A stretch of DNA of 64,000 bases from Squalus acanthias. Lineage: Eukaryota. The position numbers and the translations under genes are program-made. The stretch covers positions 142,726,001-142,790,000 of the forward strand of contig CM059431.1 in assembly GCA_030390025.1 (NCBI GenBank), read 5' to 3'. Numbering within the stretch: position 1 is the first letter of the stretch; each line of letters begins with the position of its first letter. Below are positions 1-11,915 of the stretch, in pieces. Below the pieces are notes generated by a model that made no database searches, had not been told where the DNA came from, and was given only the letters and a program-made list of their open reading frames with translations.

Positions 1-250
1 GCGCCTCCTTTTTACGAGCGTAGAAGATTCAATACTTACCCTCGCTTTGAAACCTGAAAAAAACCGAAGTGTGCTGCGCGCGCGCAGCCTCTAGTGCGCA
101 CGCGGTTCACCTAGGAAGCGCCCCCTGCCCCATACCGGAAGTGCCGGATTCCCGCGCATGCGCAGTGCATGCAGGAAACGTGCACTTCGGGAATGAATAC
201 GGGTGAGTACGCACTGAGTACTCACCCGAGAACGGCCGAATTTTTGGGCC
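1..250 (-). mobile_element. Partial copy of a non-autonomous DNA transposon (MITE, probably PIF/Harbinger-type)
   Basis: Reverse-complement match to 4806-5050 (e.g. CATACCGGAAGTGCC...CCCGCGCATGCGCAGTGCATGCAGGAA). Ends in AATTTTTGGGCC, the terminal repeat seen in the other copies. Confidence 0.7.
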
Positions 251-279
251 AATGTCACGGAGAAGTGAAAAGATCTGCA

Positions 280-363
280 TGTCAGAAGTGGGATTTGAAC
301 GCATGCCTATTTGAAAAGATTGCGATGTGAATGCAGCGCCTTAAACTATTCGGCCACCCTGAC
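280..363 (-). pseudogene. Decayed tRNA-Leu(CAG)-derived pseudogene
   Basis: Minus strand reads GTCAGGGTGGCCGAATAGTTTAAGGCGCTGCATTCACATCGCAATC...GGCATGCGTTCAAATCCCACTTCTGACA, colinear with vertebrate tRNA-Leu(CAG) (GTCAGGATGGCCGAGCGGTCTAAGGCGCTGCGTTCAGGTCGCAG...GGTTCGAATCCCACTTCTGACA). It has many substitutions, including the anticodon position reading CAC. Confidence 0.8.
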
Positions 364-656
364 TCAAGGACCGCTTCAATGTGCCTAAATTTCCCCACAG
401 TGGCCCAAATACAGTTCCACTCATTTTGTTCCTCCGTAACTATTGGAAACCTCCGTGGACTTGAATAACTTCACTTCTGTCCCACACTAAAACCTCTGAA
501 TCTTTCTCCTCCGTTACCTTTTCCAGGCATTTCACTGATCGAAACCACACAACTCACACAGGAAATTGATTTTTTAGGTGATTAACTTTCTGAAGGAGCT
601 CCAGAATTGTCCGACCCTAATCTACTGAAACAGATTATTCTCGCTGGAATCCTTTT

Positions 657-900
657 CATATAATCATAGAATTATATAATGATACAGCACAGAAGGAGGG
701 CGTTCGGCCCATCCTGCCTGTGTCGGCTCGTTGGTAGAGCTATCCCATCAATCTCAGTCCCCTCCTATTTCCCCATAGCCGTTTAAATTTATCTTCAATT
801 ATTGATCCAGTTCTCCTTTGAAAGTCACTGTTGAATCTGTTTCCGCCGCCCCTTCAGACAGTGCAATCCATATCACAAAAATGGTTATGTGTAAAAAAAA
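657..900 (-). mobile_element. CR1 LINE 3' tail fragment
   Basis: CATAGAA-type terminal repeat followed by ACAGCACAGAAGGAGGGCGTTCGGCCC, the reverse complement of the CR1 3' end seen at 1250-1290 and 25470-25520. Confidence 0.65.
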
Positions 901-1149
901 AGTCGTCTCGGGTTCATCTTCGACGTGGATCGGCTGCTCTCGGCCCCCAGGACGGGACCATTCTAATTCTGTGACTGTAGCCAATTTTGTTCGGGCAGAG
1001 TTTTGACTGAAACGTCACACTTGCCTCGTAAAGGACAATAAAGCAGGGGAGGCTGTAACCTCTGAAAAATCTGAGGCCAATCAGAAAAGTTTGTGCCTCT
1101 GAATCTCTAACTTGTTCTGTTCCTTTTAAAAGTTTCACCATTTATATGT

Positions 1150-1292
1150 ACATTACTTGAAGAGAAAAATACTGGGCAATATGTAAAGAGAAGGGGAGTG
1201 GGATTAATGCGATAGCTCCACCAAAGAGCCGGCACAGACACGATGGGCCAATAGCCTCCTTCTGTGCTGTATCATTCTATAATTCTATGATT
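1150..1292 (+). mobile_element. CR1 LINE 3' tail fragment (a similar tail and flank recur at ~2280-2380)
   Basis: GAGCCGGCACAGACACGATGGGCC...CCTCCTTCTGTGCTGTATCATTCTAT...ATTCTATGA. Confidence 0.7.
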
Positions 1293-2377
1293 ACGCGGCA
1301 CCTACAATCTTGTCTTTGGCACTTACAGTGAAGCGGAGACCAGTTTTCACTCTTAAACCAGCAATTATAATATTAAGCAAAAGTGCAGGAAAAAAATCAG
1401 TGTTCAGCGCGATGACATCGCGGCAGGAATTCAGACCTGCGGACCGAACGTGAAAGCAACATGAAAGGATGATACAAATATTCACCCAATGTGGACCTCG
1501 AACCAACCACACTAACATTAAGAATCTGAAGCTTTTCTGACTGGACTAGCCGGGCTGACTAAATTCTACGTTTTGTCGCTTATTAAAGTGAGGCGACTGT
1601 TGGCTCCGCCCCAGCGGTTCGACATGTGCTAAAAACCACGGACCAAGTCCTCCTTAATTCCAAGGTGTATAAAGAAGTCAACCCTCAAACCATTCATTGA
1701 TCACAGGGGTTCTGACAATGTTCTGATGGCCTTTGCCCTTGTCAATATCTCTTGTCTATTTCCCGGTGTTTCCCGATACTCTCCGTATCTCTGGCTCTGT
1801 TTATCTGTGTGTGGCTACCTGCAGGTTGATTTTGTGTCTGTTATATTAAATAAACGAGGGCATCAGGTGCTTCTCTCCGTGGCCCTGCGGAACTAGTATG
1901 AGAGACTTTAGAGTGAGGTACTAGTTATGTGGAAATGTAAAGAAAACATGTGTGTATCTGGACTTGGTCGAACACAATAAAAAGATTTGTATTTGCAAAC
2001 GATATTTTCGTGTCGGAACTGAACTGCTTACATCTCCTCAAACTACTAATTAATATCGCGCTACGTTTACTCCGCACCTGCTGTGATTTGTGGGGATTAT
2101 CCATGTTCTGAGATGAATGTAGATGCAGTGAGAGGTTACAGAAAGGCCAGGGGTCAATTGCCGCAGTGAGTTCCGCTGGTAGAGCCGGACTGTGTAACTC
2201 AGTGAGGACAGGACGTTCCTCGGCGTGGAACCGGGAGAATCTGCAAGACGTTGACATAATTCTGGGGAATCCGCTGTCTTTGCACAGACACGATGGGCCA
2301 AATGGGCTCCTTCTGTGCTCTATCATTCTATGACATTATGATTAAGTGGCACCGACGAAATTATCTCTGACACTATC

Positions 2378-2556
2378 GTTGAATACATTCAAGGCTGAGA
2401 TAGATAGATTTTTGACCCGAGGGGAATCTGGGGATATGGGGATCGAGCGGGAAAGTGGAGATGAGGTCGAAGATCAGCCATGATCTGATTGAATGGCGCA
2501 GCAGGCTCGAAGGGCCGTATTGCCTACTCCTGCTCCTAATTCTTATGTTCTTATGT
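2378..2556 (+). mobile_element. CR1 LINE 3' tail fragment
   Basis: GATCAGCCATGATCT...GGCTCGAAGGGCCG...CCTACTCCTGCTCCT followed by (TTCTTATG)2, matching the 3' ends of the long CR1 copies in the window. Confidence 0.8.
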
Positions 2557-2559
2557 AGA

Positions 2560-3150
2560 GTAGGGTTACCATCAGAAATGTTAAAGTGTCGCCATTATCG
2601 CTAACGTAATTGTACAGTCATGATCAATAACGTTAGAATCGGGTTACCGCCAAAGATGTTAGAATTGACTGACCACCGGTAATGATATTGTAGACTCGCC
2701 ATCGGTACTGCCACAGTTCGTTCACCGCAAGTAATTAAAGTAAAGTCACCACCATTGGCATTAGAATAAAGGCACCAGCAGCAATGATAGATTAGAGTCA
2801 CTACCAGTAATGCTAGAGCTTTGTCTTCACCAATAATGTAGGATAGCTACAAGCAATGCTATAGTAGAGTCCTCAAAACTCATGTTAATGTACGGCCATC
2901 ACCAGTAATGTGAGAGTAGGGGATCACCAGCAAATTTACAGTAGTGTTGCCTCTAGTAATGCTACATTAATGCTAGAATCATCACCAGCAATGTTGCAAG
3001 TGAGTTATCACCAGTAATGTTAGAAGAGAGTCAGCACCAGCAATGTTAGAAGTGAATCATCACCAGTAATTGTAGACAGGAATCATCGCCAGCAGTGTTA
3101 GCAGTCAATCATCGCCAGTAATGTTAGAGGGGAGTCATATCTAGTTATCA
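2560..3150. repeat. Diverged minisatellite, ~27-bp unit (consensus like ATCACCAGTAATGTTAGAGTAGAGTC)
   Basis: Recurrent CACCAGTAATG/CACCAGCAATG + TTAGA motifs at short regular spacing. Confidence 0.7.
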
Positions 3151-3244
3151 TTAAAGTAAAAAAAACTAATTTAAGTTATGCAATGAATGACTGAAGTTTT
3201 CTCTGAATTAATATGAGACCACAAGAGCCTACCGCAGAGTCCAG

Positions 3245-3388
3245 GAGTTAGTTCTGACGAAGGGTCATCGACCTGAAACGTTAACTCTGTTTCTCTCTCA
3301 CTACAGATGCTGCCTGACCTGCTGAGTATTTCCAGCATTTTTTGTTTTATTTCAGAATTCCAACATTCGCAGTAATTTGCTTTTGTCC
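3245..3388 (+). mobile_element. Penelope-type pseudo-LTR fragment with minimal hammerhead ribozyme motif
   Basis: AGTT-CTGACGA-AGGGTCATCGACCT-GAAACGT-T-AACT. Same family as the terminus of the Penelope relic at 35690-35790 (opposite strand). Confidence 0.7.
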
Positions 3389-3577
3389 AGGAGGGATGTT
3401 CCATTCAGAGCTGAGGGCCATGCGCAGGGCACATTCCCTCTGGGGTTACTTTCCTTACAATGTCCCCATTGGCGGCCCGGCCGCACTGAAGCGGAAAATC
3501 TCCCCTTGTTTGTTAAGTGACTGTAACTAACGCCACATATTGTGTCACCTGTTTTCTCGCCGGGGCACCGATTGTTC

Positions 3578-3583
3578 TATAAA
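3578..3583 (+). promoter_or_regulatory. Candidate TATA box of the GPCR gene
   Basis: TATAAA followed by GGGGG, 86 nt upstream of the ATG at 3664. Confidence 0.4.
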
Positions 3584-3663
3584 GGGGGAGCATTTACGGA
3601 TCACAGATACACTCCAGTCGGAATAGTAAAGCTGGACACAATTTGCACATTCTTCTAAAAAAA

Positions 3664-3733
3664 ATGGAGCGGCCAACAATTCTACAGATAAAGAGATTTT
3701 ACTATCCTATTCTCGCAGCCTTTGGTGCTCCCG
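3664..3733 (+). CDS. GPR139/GPR142-like class A GPCR, exon 1 (MERPTILQIKRFYYPILAAFGAP)
   Basis: ATG in AAAATGG context, 23 codons + 1 nt, then a GTAAGT donor at 3734. The phase matches the acceptor at 6399/6400, and the YYPILAAFG-P-A-N join completes TM1. Confidence 0.85.
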
Positions 3734-4805
3734 GTAAGTCAATATATTCTGTTGTTTGACTCTATCAGTGTTAATGTAACAGATTCCGAGAATGTCTCAT
3801 TGCAGAGTCATTGACCCACCGGGATCAGTCGGTGAATTTCAGCGGGAATCCTACTAGTCCTCGCGGCCGCTGAAGCGCTGTTCTGGTCGGTAGATTATCT
3901 GCACCAGACACCGTATAGTGAGTGAGGGCGAGGATGAATCCCCGGCCCCTCCAACAGTACATAGATCACTAAAGAATGTGTTGCTTAGTGTCCATGGTAA
4001 TCATTTCATCTATTCCATTATTTCCTGTCAACATTAAGTTGATCATTCCTTGTACTGCAGCCACCTCCACCCATCAGAGGACTGTGAAAGATATTTGGAG
4101 CAATAATTGCCGCTTAGGGAGCCGCTCCCCTCCCCTCGACTGCAAAGAACCTTCGCGGCTCCATCAGCTCCCGCTCTGTTACCGAGCAACTCCCTCGGGG
4201 GGAATATAATTAGAAAAAGCGCAGAGTTTCCACCTGCATCGAATGTTTGTCTCTCATCTGAATGTATTATTTGCATTCATGTCAATCCAGTAATTGGTTC
4301 TAAATTATATTGAATACAACTGACATCTGATGCCGCTCCCGAGATCCCCCTCGCCAATTAAACGGATGAGATTAAATGTAAAATTCCATCGATTGCTCCC
4401 TGGGGCCGCTGTAGTAACTCATCAAATTGGCTCGGTGCATCACATGTTCCCAGCCTCATGGCGTGATGGTTTCAGCGCTCCACACTGCAATGGAATGTGT
4501 GTTTGGGTGTATGTAAGGGAATCCGCTTCTTTATTGACTGTGAAAATGAATCTGTAACTGTACAGTCCCTGCGAGGTACTGTGTCTTGACCTGGACCGCA
4601 CCGTTAAAGTGTGAATAGAGACTCAATTGTTCGGTTCGCACAGAACTGTCAAGAGTATGAATGGGGATCACATTTAAAAACACACTAAAACATTAAAAAA
4701 AGACTTATTTAAAGTTAATTAAAATGACATTTAATTAAATATTTTAAACAAAAATTTCATTTTTGGGGAAAAAAATGTTTTAACGGGGCTAAAAATAAAC
4801 TTATT

Positions 4806-5564
4806 GGCCCAAAAATTCGGCTGAATAGGGGAGAATACGAACTGTGTCGTCTCGCGTATTCAGTCCCGAAGTGCCAGTTCCTGCATGCACTGCGCATGCG
4901 CGGGAAACAGGCACTTCCGGTATGGCAAAGGGGGCGGTTCTAAGTGAACCGCGTGCGCACTACAGGCTGTGCGCACGCAGCACACTTAGTTTTTTTTCAG
5001 GTTTCAACGCGAAGGTAAGTATGGAAGATTTTACACATGAAGAAAGGAGGCGTAAGACCCCCTTTTAACAAGGTAAGTAGTTAATTAAGTATTATTTTTA
5101 TTTTTTTTCAACAGTTTATCTTTTTTAGAGACATTAAAGAAAGGTAAGTTTATTTTTATAACTTGTAAAAAGAATTTAAATTTTTTCAAAAATTAAAATT
5201 TTTGTTTAAAGTGGTTAATTTATTTAACTTTAGTTATTTTATTAATGTGATGGTTTTTTATTTATTTATTTGAGGTTTAGCTGTTCTTTTGGGGGCAATT
5301 TGTATTTATAGTTCTGACAGTTCTCCTGTCAAATTAATGAATGAAAGATGGTGTGCTGCCATTGGCTCTCCATTGCCCACGTGATCCCAGAGGTCGCATC
5401 GAACTAACTGCGCCTCTGGGACACGCACACACTGCGCGCCTGCACCAGGGAGAGGCCCAGGAGCTGAAGTTCGTGTGGGCCCGAAACACAACGGCCGGCG
5501 CGGAGTGCGATATCGCGGTTGATCCTTACCCCCGCGGCAAGCCTCCGAGTCAAATTTCTGGGCC
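4806..5564 (+). mobile_element. MITE with terminal inverted repeats in the GPCR intron
   Basis: Starts GGCCCAAAAATT and ends AATTTCTGGGCC. Homologous to 1-250 and 31352-31900, both inverted. Confidence 0.75.
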
Positions 5565-5569
5565 AATAT

Positions 5570-6340
5570 TTTGAAGAGTATTTTTAATTTATAAATCAGT
5601 TATCACATTTAATGTTTCTATTTTTTAAAACGCTTAATCTGTTAAAAGCTGGCGTTACACTTGCTTTTACCAGGTGTAATAATTTGACGGTCATTCAGCG
5701 GGCGGACGTTTTGCAAAAAGCGAAACACTCCACCCGCGGAGGCACTTTTCTTGGGCATGCGGATGATCTTAGCACACCTGAAACCGGCACTTGCGCACAC
5801 GTAGGGATTGCAAAATCCGGCCCACCGGTTCATCTACCTACAATAGGCCAGATTTTCCGAACCCACGAGTGCGTACGAGATGCGTACGCACCCATGGGGC
5901 CGAGCAGGTGCTGGGTTTAGGCATGCAAAGCGCATGCGCTAAAACCCGACACTTGCGATCTGTCAAGAATACACTTGACAGATCATCCGCATGCCGAGGA
6001 GATGGGCGCTTTCTGCACAACTTCCGCCCGCTGAAAACCTTTAAATATCTTATGCCTGGTAAAAGCATGCGAAAAGCCCGCGAAAAGCTTGCTATTATCA
6101 GCATAAGAGTTTTATAAAATAATACAATTTTTTTTTCGCTGATTTATAATTTTAAAACACTTTTTAAAAATGTACGTTAATTTTTAGCCCCGTAAAAATC
6201 TTTATTTTTTTCAAAAAATCAAATTTTTGTTTAAAATATTTAATTTAATGTTATTTGCGGGGCCAGCAGGTAAGTTCGTATATTTTTTCAATCGGAGGCA
6301 TCCGCCCGCAGGAAGCCTGCGATCAGAAATTCAGGCCCAA
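5570..6340. mobile_element. Second Harbinger-like non-autonomous element with internal inverted AT-rich arms
   Basis: Ends GAAATTCAGGCCC. 6170-6250 is an inverted repeat of 4725-4803. 5860-5960 resembles the Harbinger end at 12240-12340 (GGGTTTAGGCATGC-AAGCGCATGCGCTAAAA). Confidence 0.55.
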
Positions 6341-6399
6341 TATGCTATAATATTTATTTCAGCGTGCCCATGACTTACCCTTGAACCTCTTTCTTACAG

Positions 6400-7331
6400 C
6401 GAACTTATTGACAATGGTGATTCTCTCCAGAGGAAAATGCGGCCTTTCCAAATGTACCTCGATCTACATGGGGGCCATGGCAACAGCAGATCTACTGGTC
6501 ATGATCTTCAATGTAATCCTATATCACATTTTGAGTAAACACTTCCCATATTCATTTCTGTCCTACACTGCCGTTTTTAAGTTCATGATATATATGTGTA
6601 GTGTCAGCCTATATATGTCGGTGTGGTTTACAGTCTCCTTCACATTTGATCGATTTGTAGCTATATGTTGTCAGAAGTTTAAAACAAAGTATTGCACAAT
6701 GAGAACTGCGGCCGCGGTTATAACAACGGTCTCTGTCCTCGTTTATTTAGAGAACATCCCCTTTTGGTTTGCATATGAACACGAACAAATAATCAACAAT
6801 GTTCCCTGGGGGTTCCGCCCCAGCGCGGCCTTTTTTTCATCGCCTGCGGGTGTAGCATACTCCCAGTTAGAAGATATTTTAATTACATATCTTCCTTTTG
6901 GTTTGATATTACTGTTTAATTGTTTGACAGTCAGACGTATTTTAGTGGCCAGTGGAGCCCGCAGGGGACTCCGGAGTCACAGCAGTGAGAATCAGAGCGA
7001 TCCAGAGATGGAGAACCGAAGGAAATCCATAATTTTACTGTTCATTGTATCGGCCAGTTTTATATTGTTGTGGCTGACATCTGCCGTGAGTTCTATAGTT
7101 AACAACCTGGCCGTGCATCACCGACTCGATTATACATCTCCTGCATACATCGCCACTGAAACCGGATATCTGCTCATGTATTTGAGCTCCTGTACAAACA
7201 CGTGTATTTATGCAGCTGCACAAACTAAATTCAGAGAAGAGTTGAAGAAGGTGGTGAAATCTCCTTGGACATTTATTCTGATATTGGTTAAAAAAAAGAA
7301 TAATCAAACTAAAGCTTCCTGTCCAAACTAG
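6400..7331 (+). CDS. GPR139/GPR142-like class A GPCR, exon 2 (spliced product ~333 aa)
   Basis: CTCTTTCTTACAG acceptor and an open frame with hydrophobic TM segments; MATADLL (TM2), FTFDRFVAIC (DRY-like), LPFGLILLFN (TM5) and NTCIY (NPxxY-like). The family assignment is from motif recall, not a search. Confidence 0.88.
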
Positions 7332-8053
7332 AGTTAAATTACTGACCGTGTTCCATTTTAGAATGACTAACTTTCTCTTAGGAAGAAATAGGATTGTTGT
7401 TGTGAAAATAAGCATTAATCAGGAGCCATTTCTCCCACTTTGTACCGTGTGTTTGATGTCTGCTGCTTTCCCCGGGTGAACATAATAGTTTCCTGCTAAA
7501 ACAGCGCCCTTCCCGCTCAAGATTCAAAGAGAACAGTCATGACTGAGCTTCAGCAGTGGAGTAGAACATGTGGGCGTCAGCGTTAACTGCCTCACGCCGC
7601 AGGCACTGGAATGAGACGCTCAGTTTAATTAACAGATACAGTTTCCTTTAGTGTAGAAACAATGTGTTACAATGGTGGTTAGATGTAATTCTGTAATCTT
7701 GGTATGAATGTTGCAGGCGCTGGTCTCCCCATCAGACTCCGCCCCCCATTGTCTCCTGGACCAATAGAACGGGGCCCTATCTCCTGACCAGTGTCAAATG
7801 ATGGAGACAGTAGGAACTTGACTCGTCAATGTGACATTAGACATATTTGTTCACAAATGTTTACTGAAAATCATAACTGGTCATCAAACTGTTGGAAAGT
7901 TATAACGGAGAAACAGGTTATTAGACCCAACCAGTACTTGTCGGCCTTTACACTCCACCCGATCAAATAGTTCCAATCACTTTACCCAACCTTTCTCAAC
8001 ATCTCTTCCACCTATTGTTATTCATCCATCTAGCGAATTTAAGCGTGAACATT

Positions 8054-8340
8054 GGCAGTGTCAGCTGTGGCTCAGTGAGAAGCACTCTCGCCTCTGATTT
8101 AGAATCCATGGGTTTAAGTCATTCTCCAAGAACACAATCAATCTATGTTGACACTCCAGTGGGGTGCTGCACTGTCAGAGGTGCAATATTTCGAATGAGA
8201 CGTAAAACCGGGGCCCCGTTTGCTCACTCAGGTGGGTTTCCCACAACACAACAGTGACTGCACTCCAAATATTATTCATTATCTGCAAAGCGCTTTGATA
8301 CATTCGGTGGTCGTGAAAGGCGCTACATAAATGCATATTT
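8054..8340 (+). mobile_element. tRNA-derived SINE with Deu-domain-like core and L2-like tail
   Basis: TGTGGCTCAGTG A-box-like head; GCTGCACTGTCAGAGGTGC...TTTCGAATGAGACGTAAAACCG core; TGAAAGGCGCTACATAAATGCA tail. Confidence 0.65.
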
Positions 8341-8770
8341 TTCTTTCTAATTTCTGCCTCCGGGAATTCCACAATCTCATAAATCTCCATGTAAAGAGGT
8401 TTCTCCCACCCTCAGATCTAAATCGCGCCTCCGTCAATTTACAATCTCATAACTCTCCATGTGAAGAAGTTTCTCCTACCCTCAGATCTAAATCGCTTCC
8501 GCATTTAAAAAAAAAATCTATGGCGGTTAGTTCTTGATCGCTCAAATAATGGAAGGTGTCTGCTTCTATCTATCATGTCCCGTCCCTTCTTAACTTAAAT
8601 CACCTGGGTAACACTTGCCAAAATATATGAGTCTGGTATCAATGCACAGTCGAGTGAAAGTCAGGAAAGTAGTTAAGATGGTTAATTGCTAGCTTTCTCT
8701 TGGAGATGGTTGTGTTCTTGCTTTAGCTGAAGAAAGAAAATAAAGTATTTGAAAGCCTGACAAATTCCCC

Positions 8771-10171
8771 AAATTACAGACCGGTAAGTCTGACATTGGT
8801 ATTGGGGAAAATGCTAGAGTCCATTATAAAGGATGTAATAGCTGAGCACTGACAGGATCGGACAAAGTCAACATGGATTTACAAAAGGTAAATCATGCTT
8901 GACTAATCTACTGGAATTTTTTGAGGATCTAACTGGGAAAATAGATAAGGGAGAACCAGTAGATGTGGTGTACTTGGACAATCAAAAGGCTTTCAATAAG
9001 GTTCCGCATAAGAGATTAGCGTGTAAAGTTAAGGCACATGGGATTGGGGGCAAGGTATTGACTTGGATAGAGAACTGGTTGGCGGACAGAAAGCAGAGAG
9101 TAGGAATTAATGGGTCTTTTTCCGAGTGGCAAGCAGTGAGTAGTGGGGTACCGCAGGGATCGGTCCTTGGACCCCAGCTATTCACAATATACATTAATGA
9201 TCTAGATAAGGGAACTAAATGTAATATCTCCAAGTTTGCAGATGACACAAAGCTGGGTGGGCGTGTGTGCTGCGAGGAGGATACCGAGAAACTCCAGGAT
9301 GATTTGGACAGGTTGGGTGAGTGGGCAGAAGCGTGGCAGATGCAATATAACGTGGATAAGTGCGAGGTTATCCACTTTGGTGTCAAAAACAGAAAGGCAG
9401 ACTATTATCTGAATGGCAATAGATTGGGAGAAGGGGAAGTGCAACGAGACCTGGGTGTCCTTGTGCACCAGTCGCTGAAAGTAAGCATGCAGGTGCAGCA
9501 GGCGGTGAAGAAGGCAAATGGTATGTTGGCCTTCATAGCGAAAGTGTTTGAGTATAGGAACAGGGATGTCCTGCTGCAGTTGTACAGGGCCTTGGTGAGA
9601 CCACACCTTGAGTACTGTGTGCAGTTTTGGTCGCCTTATCTGAGGAAGGATGTTCTTGCCATGGAAGGAGTTCAGCGAAGATTCACAAGGCTGATACCTG
9701 GGATGGCAGGAATGACATATGAGGAGAGATTGGGTCGATTGGGCTTATACTCGCTGGAGTATAGAAGAATGAGAGGGGATCTCATCGAAACATATAACAT
9801 TCTGACAGGTCTGGACAAACTAGATGCAGGAAGAATGTTCCCGATGGTCGGAGAGTCCAGAACCAGGGGTCATAATCTAAGGATAACGGGTAAGCCATTT
9901 AGGACAGAAATGAGGAGGAATTTCTTCACCCAGAGAGTGGTGAACCTTTGGAATTCTCTACCACAGAAGGTAGTTGAGGCCAATCATTAAATATATTCAG
10001 GAATGAGTTAGATATATTTCTTAAAGCTAAAGGTATCAAGGGATATGGGGAGAAGGCAGGTACAGGGTACTGAGTTTGGATGATCAGCCATGATCTCATC
10101 GAATGGCAGAGCGGGCTCGAGGGCCTGAATGGCCTACTCCTGCTCCTATCTTCTATGTTTCTATGTTTCTA
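8771..10171 (+). mobile_element. 5'-truncated CR1 LINE (RT part of ORF2, ORF 8899-9990)
   Basis: [24 protein letters not shown] and NFFTQRVV motifs; (CTATGTTT)n tail. Confidence 0.95.
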
Positions 10172-11359
10172 CATCGGGACAATTCAAGGGCGATCCTAAT
10201 CAAACACCCACCAACCCCCAATCCATTGATAGATAGGCAGAAAGGGCAGGAATCGTTTGTATCGGCACTGTAAGATCCTGGGATATCGCCGTGTTTGCAG
10301 AAGTGACGCGTTTTGCATGAAGCAACCAGCATGCTCTATGCGTGATGAAGATATGCTGAGGTACGGAGCCAAACCTTGGTCAGTTAGGCAGGCAGCACCA
10401 TTACATGAAATGGTTAATGTGGCTCTGGAGAGTGAGATTCGTCAATTTCAAGAAACTTTAATCATTTGGTAGCAGTTTTGGAAGACAGTTAGTTCTACAA
10501 GTTCAATAGATACAGAAACAGACAGTCTTACTGTTAAAAGTTTCACTTGGTGCAATTGCAATTATATGGATCAAGACTGAGATTATCGATCGGATAAATC
10601 ACTTAAAATATCTCTGTGTAGAGTTTTATTTTAACTTTGATATCATTAGGTAATGCAGATATGCGAGGATTGTCAAGTACAGGGAGTGAGAAAAATGAAT
10701 AAAAATGTATTCGGTTTTTGTAAAGACCCAAAATACTGAGCTCAGGACTGTGATATGTTTGGGTCACCACCCAACCATCTTCAGGTGTGGTTCACATTTC
10801 TAACTTTTAAGTGTGTGTTTAAGTAATATTACATATATTATGTGCTTAATAAACCTATGGCACCTCACTCCAATGTTCAAGAACATTATTGAAAAGCTTA
10901 TGCTGGCAATAGCCTTTGTACTTTAATTGTGAATGGGATGCATTTACTAACTGTGATTAAGTGCCCCCTTTACCCGTCACTTTTTAACGTTCCACTTGAC
11001 CCAGACGTTCTCCAAAACCAAAATCCTCTTGTTTGCAGGGCCTCGTGCAGCCCGGGTTCTGCAAATCCGGCTCGCATCCAGCTTCTGGGAAAAGTGGTGA
11101 TTAGTTGCGGGCGGTTTTGTGTAAGAGCCACATTCTCATTTACCTGGATGCGGACAACCAGTAGTATTTAAGGCCCGAGTAAGGCAGCCGCCAAAGGTTT
11201 TAGTTCCATCAGTCAGCGATGTTCTGCACCCAGCTACAATCCCGAGAAGGCGACCTGCAGTCAACCACATCATCCAAACTGCACAGGTAAAATAGAAAGC
11301 AAAGGCATGAATAATTAACCATTACATTACCGGGTCACATTCAATCTGATGTGGTTGTG

Positions 11360-11915
11360 ATTCCCGTCTCCTATTTCTAATTAACCAGTTGCTGTATTCC
11401 CTTGTGTTTCTCAATTTCTAATTAAACATTTACTGTGTTTCTATGACATTCCCATCTCCTCTATTTCTAAATAAACAGTTACTGTCTCCCCAGTCACCTA
11501 CTTTTATATTAATAGTTATTTACTGTGTTACCCCATGTCTCCTTTTATTCTATTTCTAATTGGACAGTTAGTTGATTCCCCTGAATGTCCGTGTCCTCTA
11601 TTTCTAATTGAACAGTTGCTGTCTTCCCCTGTCCCCTTCTTCGAAATGAAGGGTTATTGTGTTCCGCTGGTCCCTATTTCTAATATCAGTTGCCATATTC
11701 CCCTGACCTCTTTTCCAAATTAAGCCATTACTGTGTTCCCCTTTATTCCCTTTATTCTATTTCTAATTAACAGTTCGTTGGTTCCACTTAATTTTCCTGT
11801 TCTCCATTTCTAATTAAACATTTACATAGTTCCCCTAAATTTCCCTTTATTCTATTTCTATTTATGCTTCTCGTGTTCCGCTGAATTCCCCTGTCCTCCA
11901 GTTTTCATTCTAAAG
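11360..11915. repeat. Diverged pyrimidine-rich minisatellite (~45-bp unit, TCTATTTCTAATT-AACAGTTACTGTGTTCCCC)
   Basis: Repeated ATTTCTAATT and TGTGTTCCC motifs. Confidence 0.7.

Noticed and set aside
280..363. Functional tRNA with a CAC anticodon on a Leu body
   Set aside because: Multiple stem mismatches and CpG-type decay indicate a pseudogene.
1560..1930. Possible solo LTR (TATA-like ~1666, AATAAA ~1849)
   Set aside because: No second copy, clear TG..CA ends or TSD could be established.
4330..4557. Near-identical 75-84 aa ORFs at 4330 and 19241
   Set aside because: Explained by the duplicated intron block; no protein features, and the 3' ends differ.
6381..6399. TTG start of the GPCR as given in the ORF track
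   Set aside because: It lies in the polypyrimidine tract and acceptor; the spliced ATG at 3664 explains the start better.
8982..9606. Antisense ORFs over CR1 RT (also 15112, 52595, 58297, 59088)
   Set aside because: Shadow frames of CR1 ORF2.
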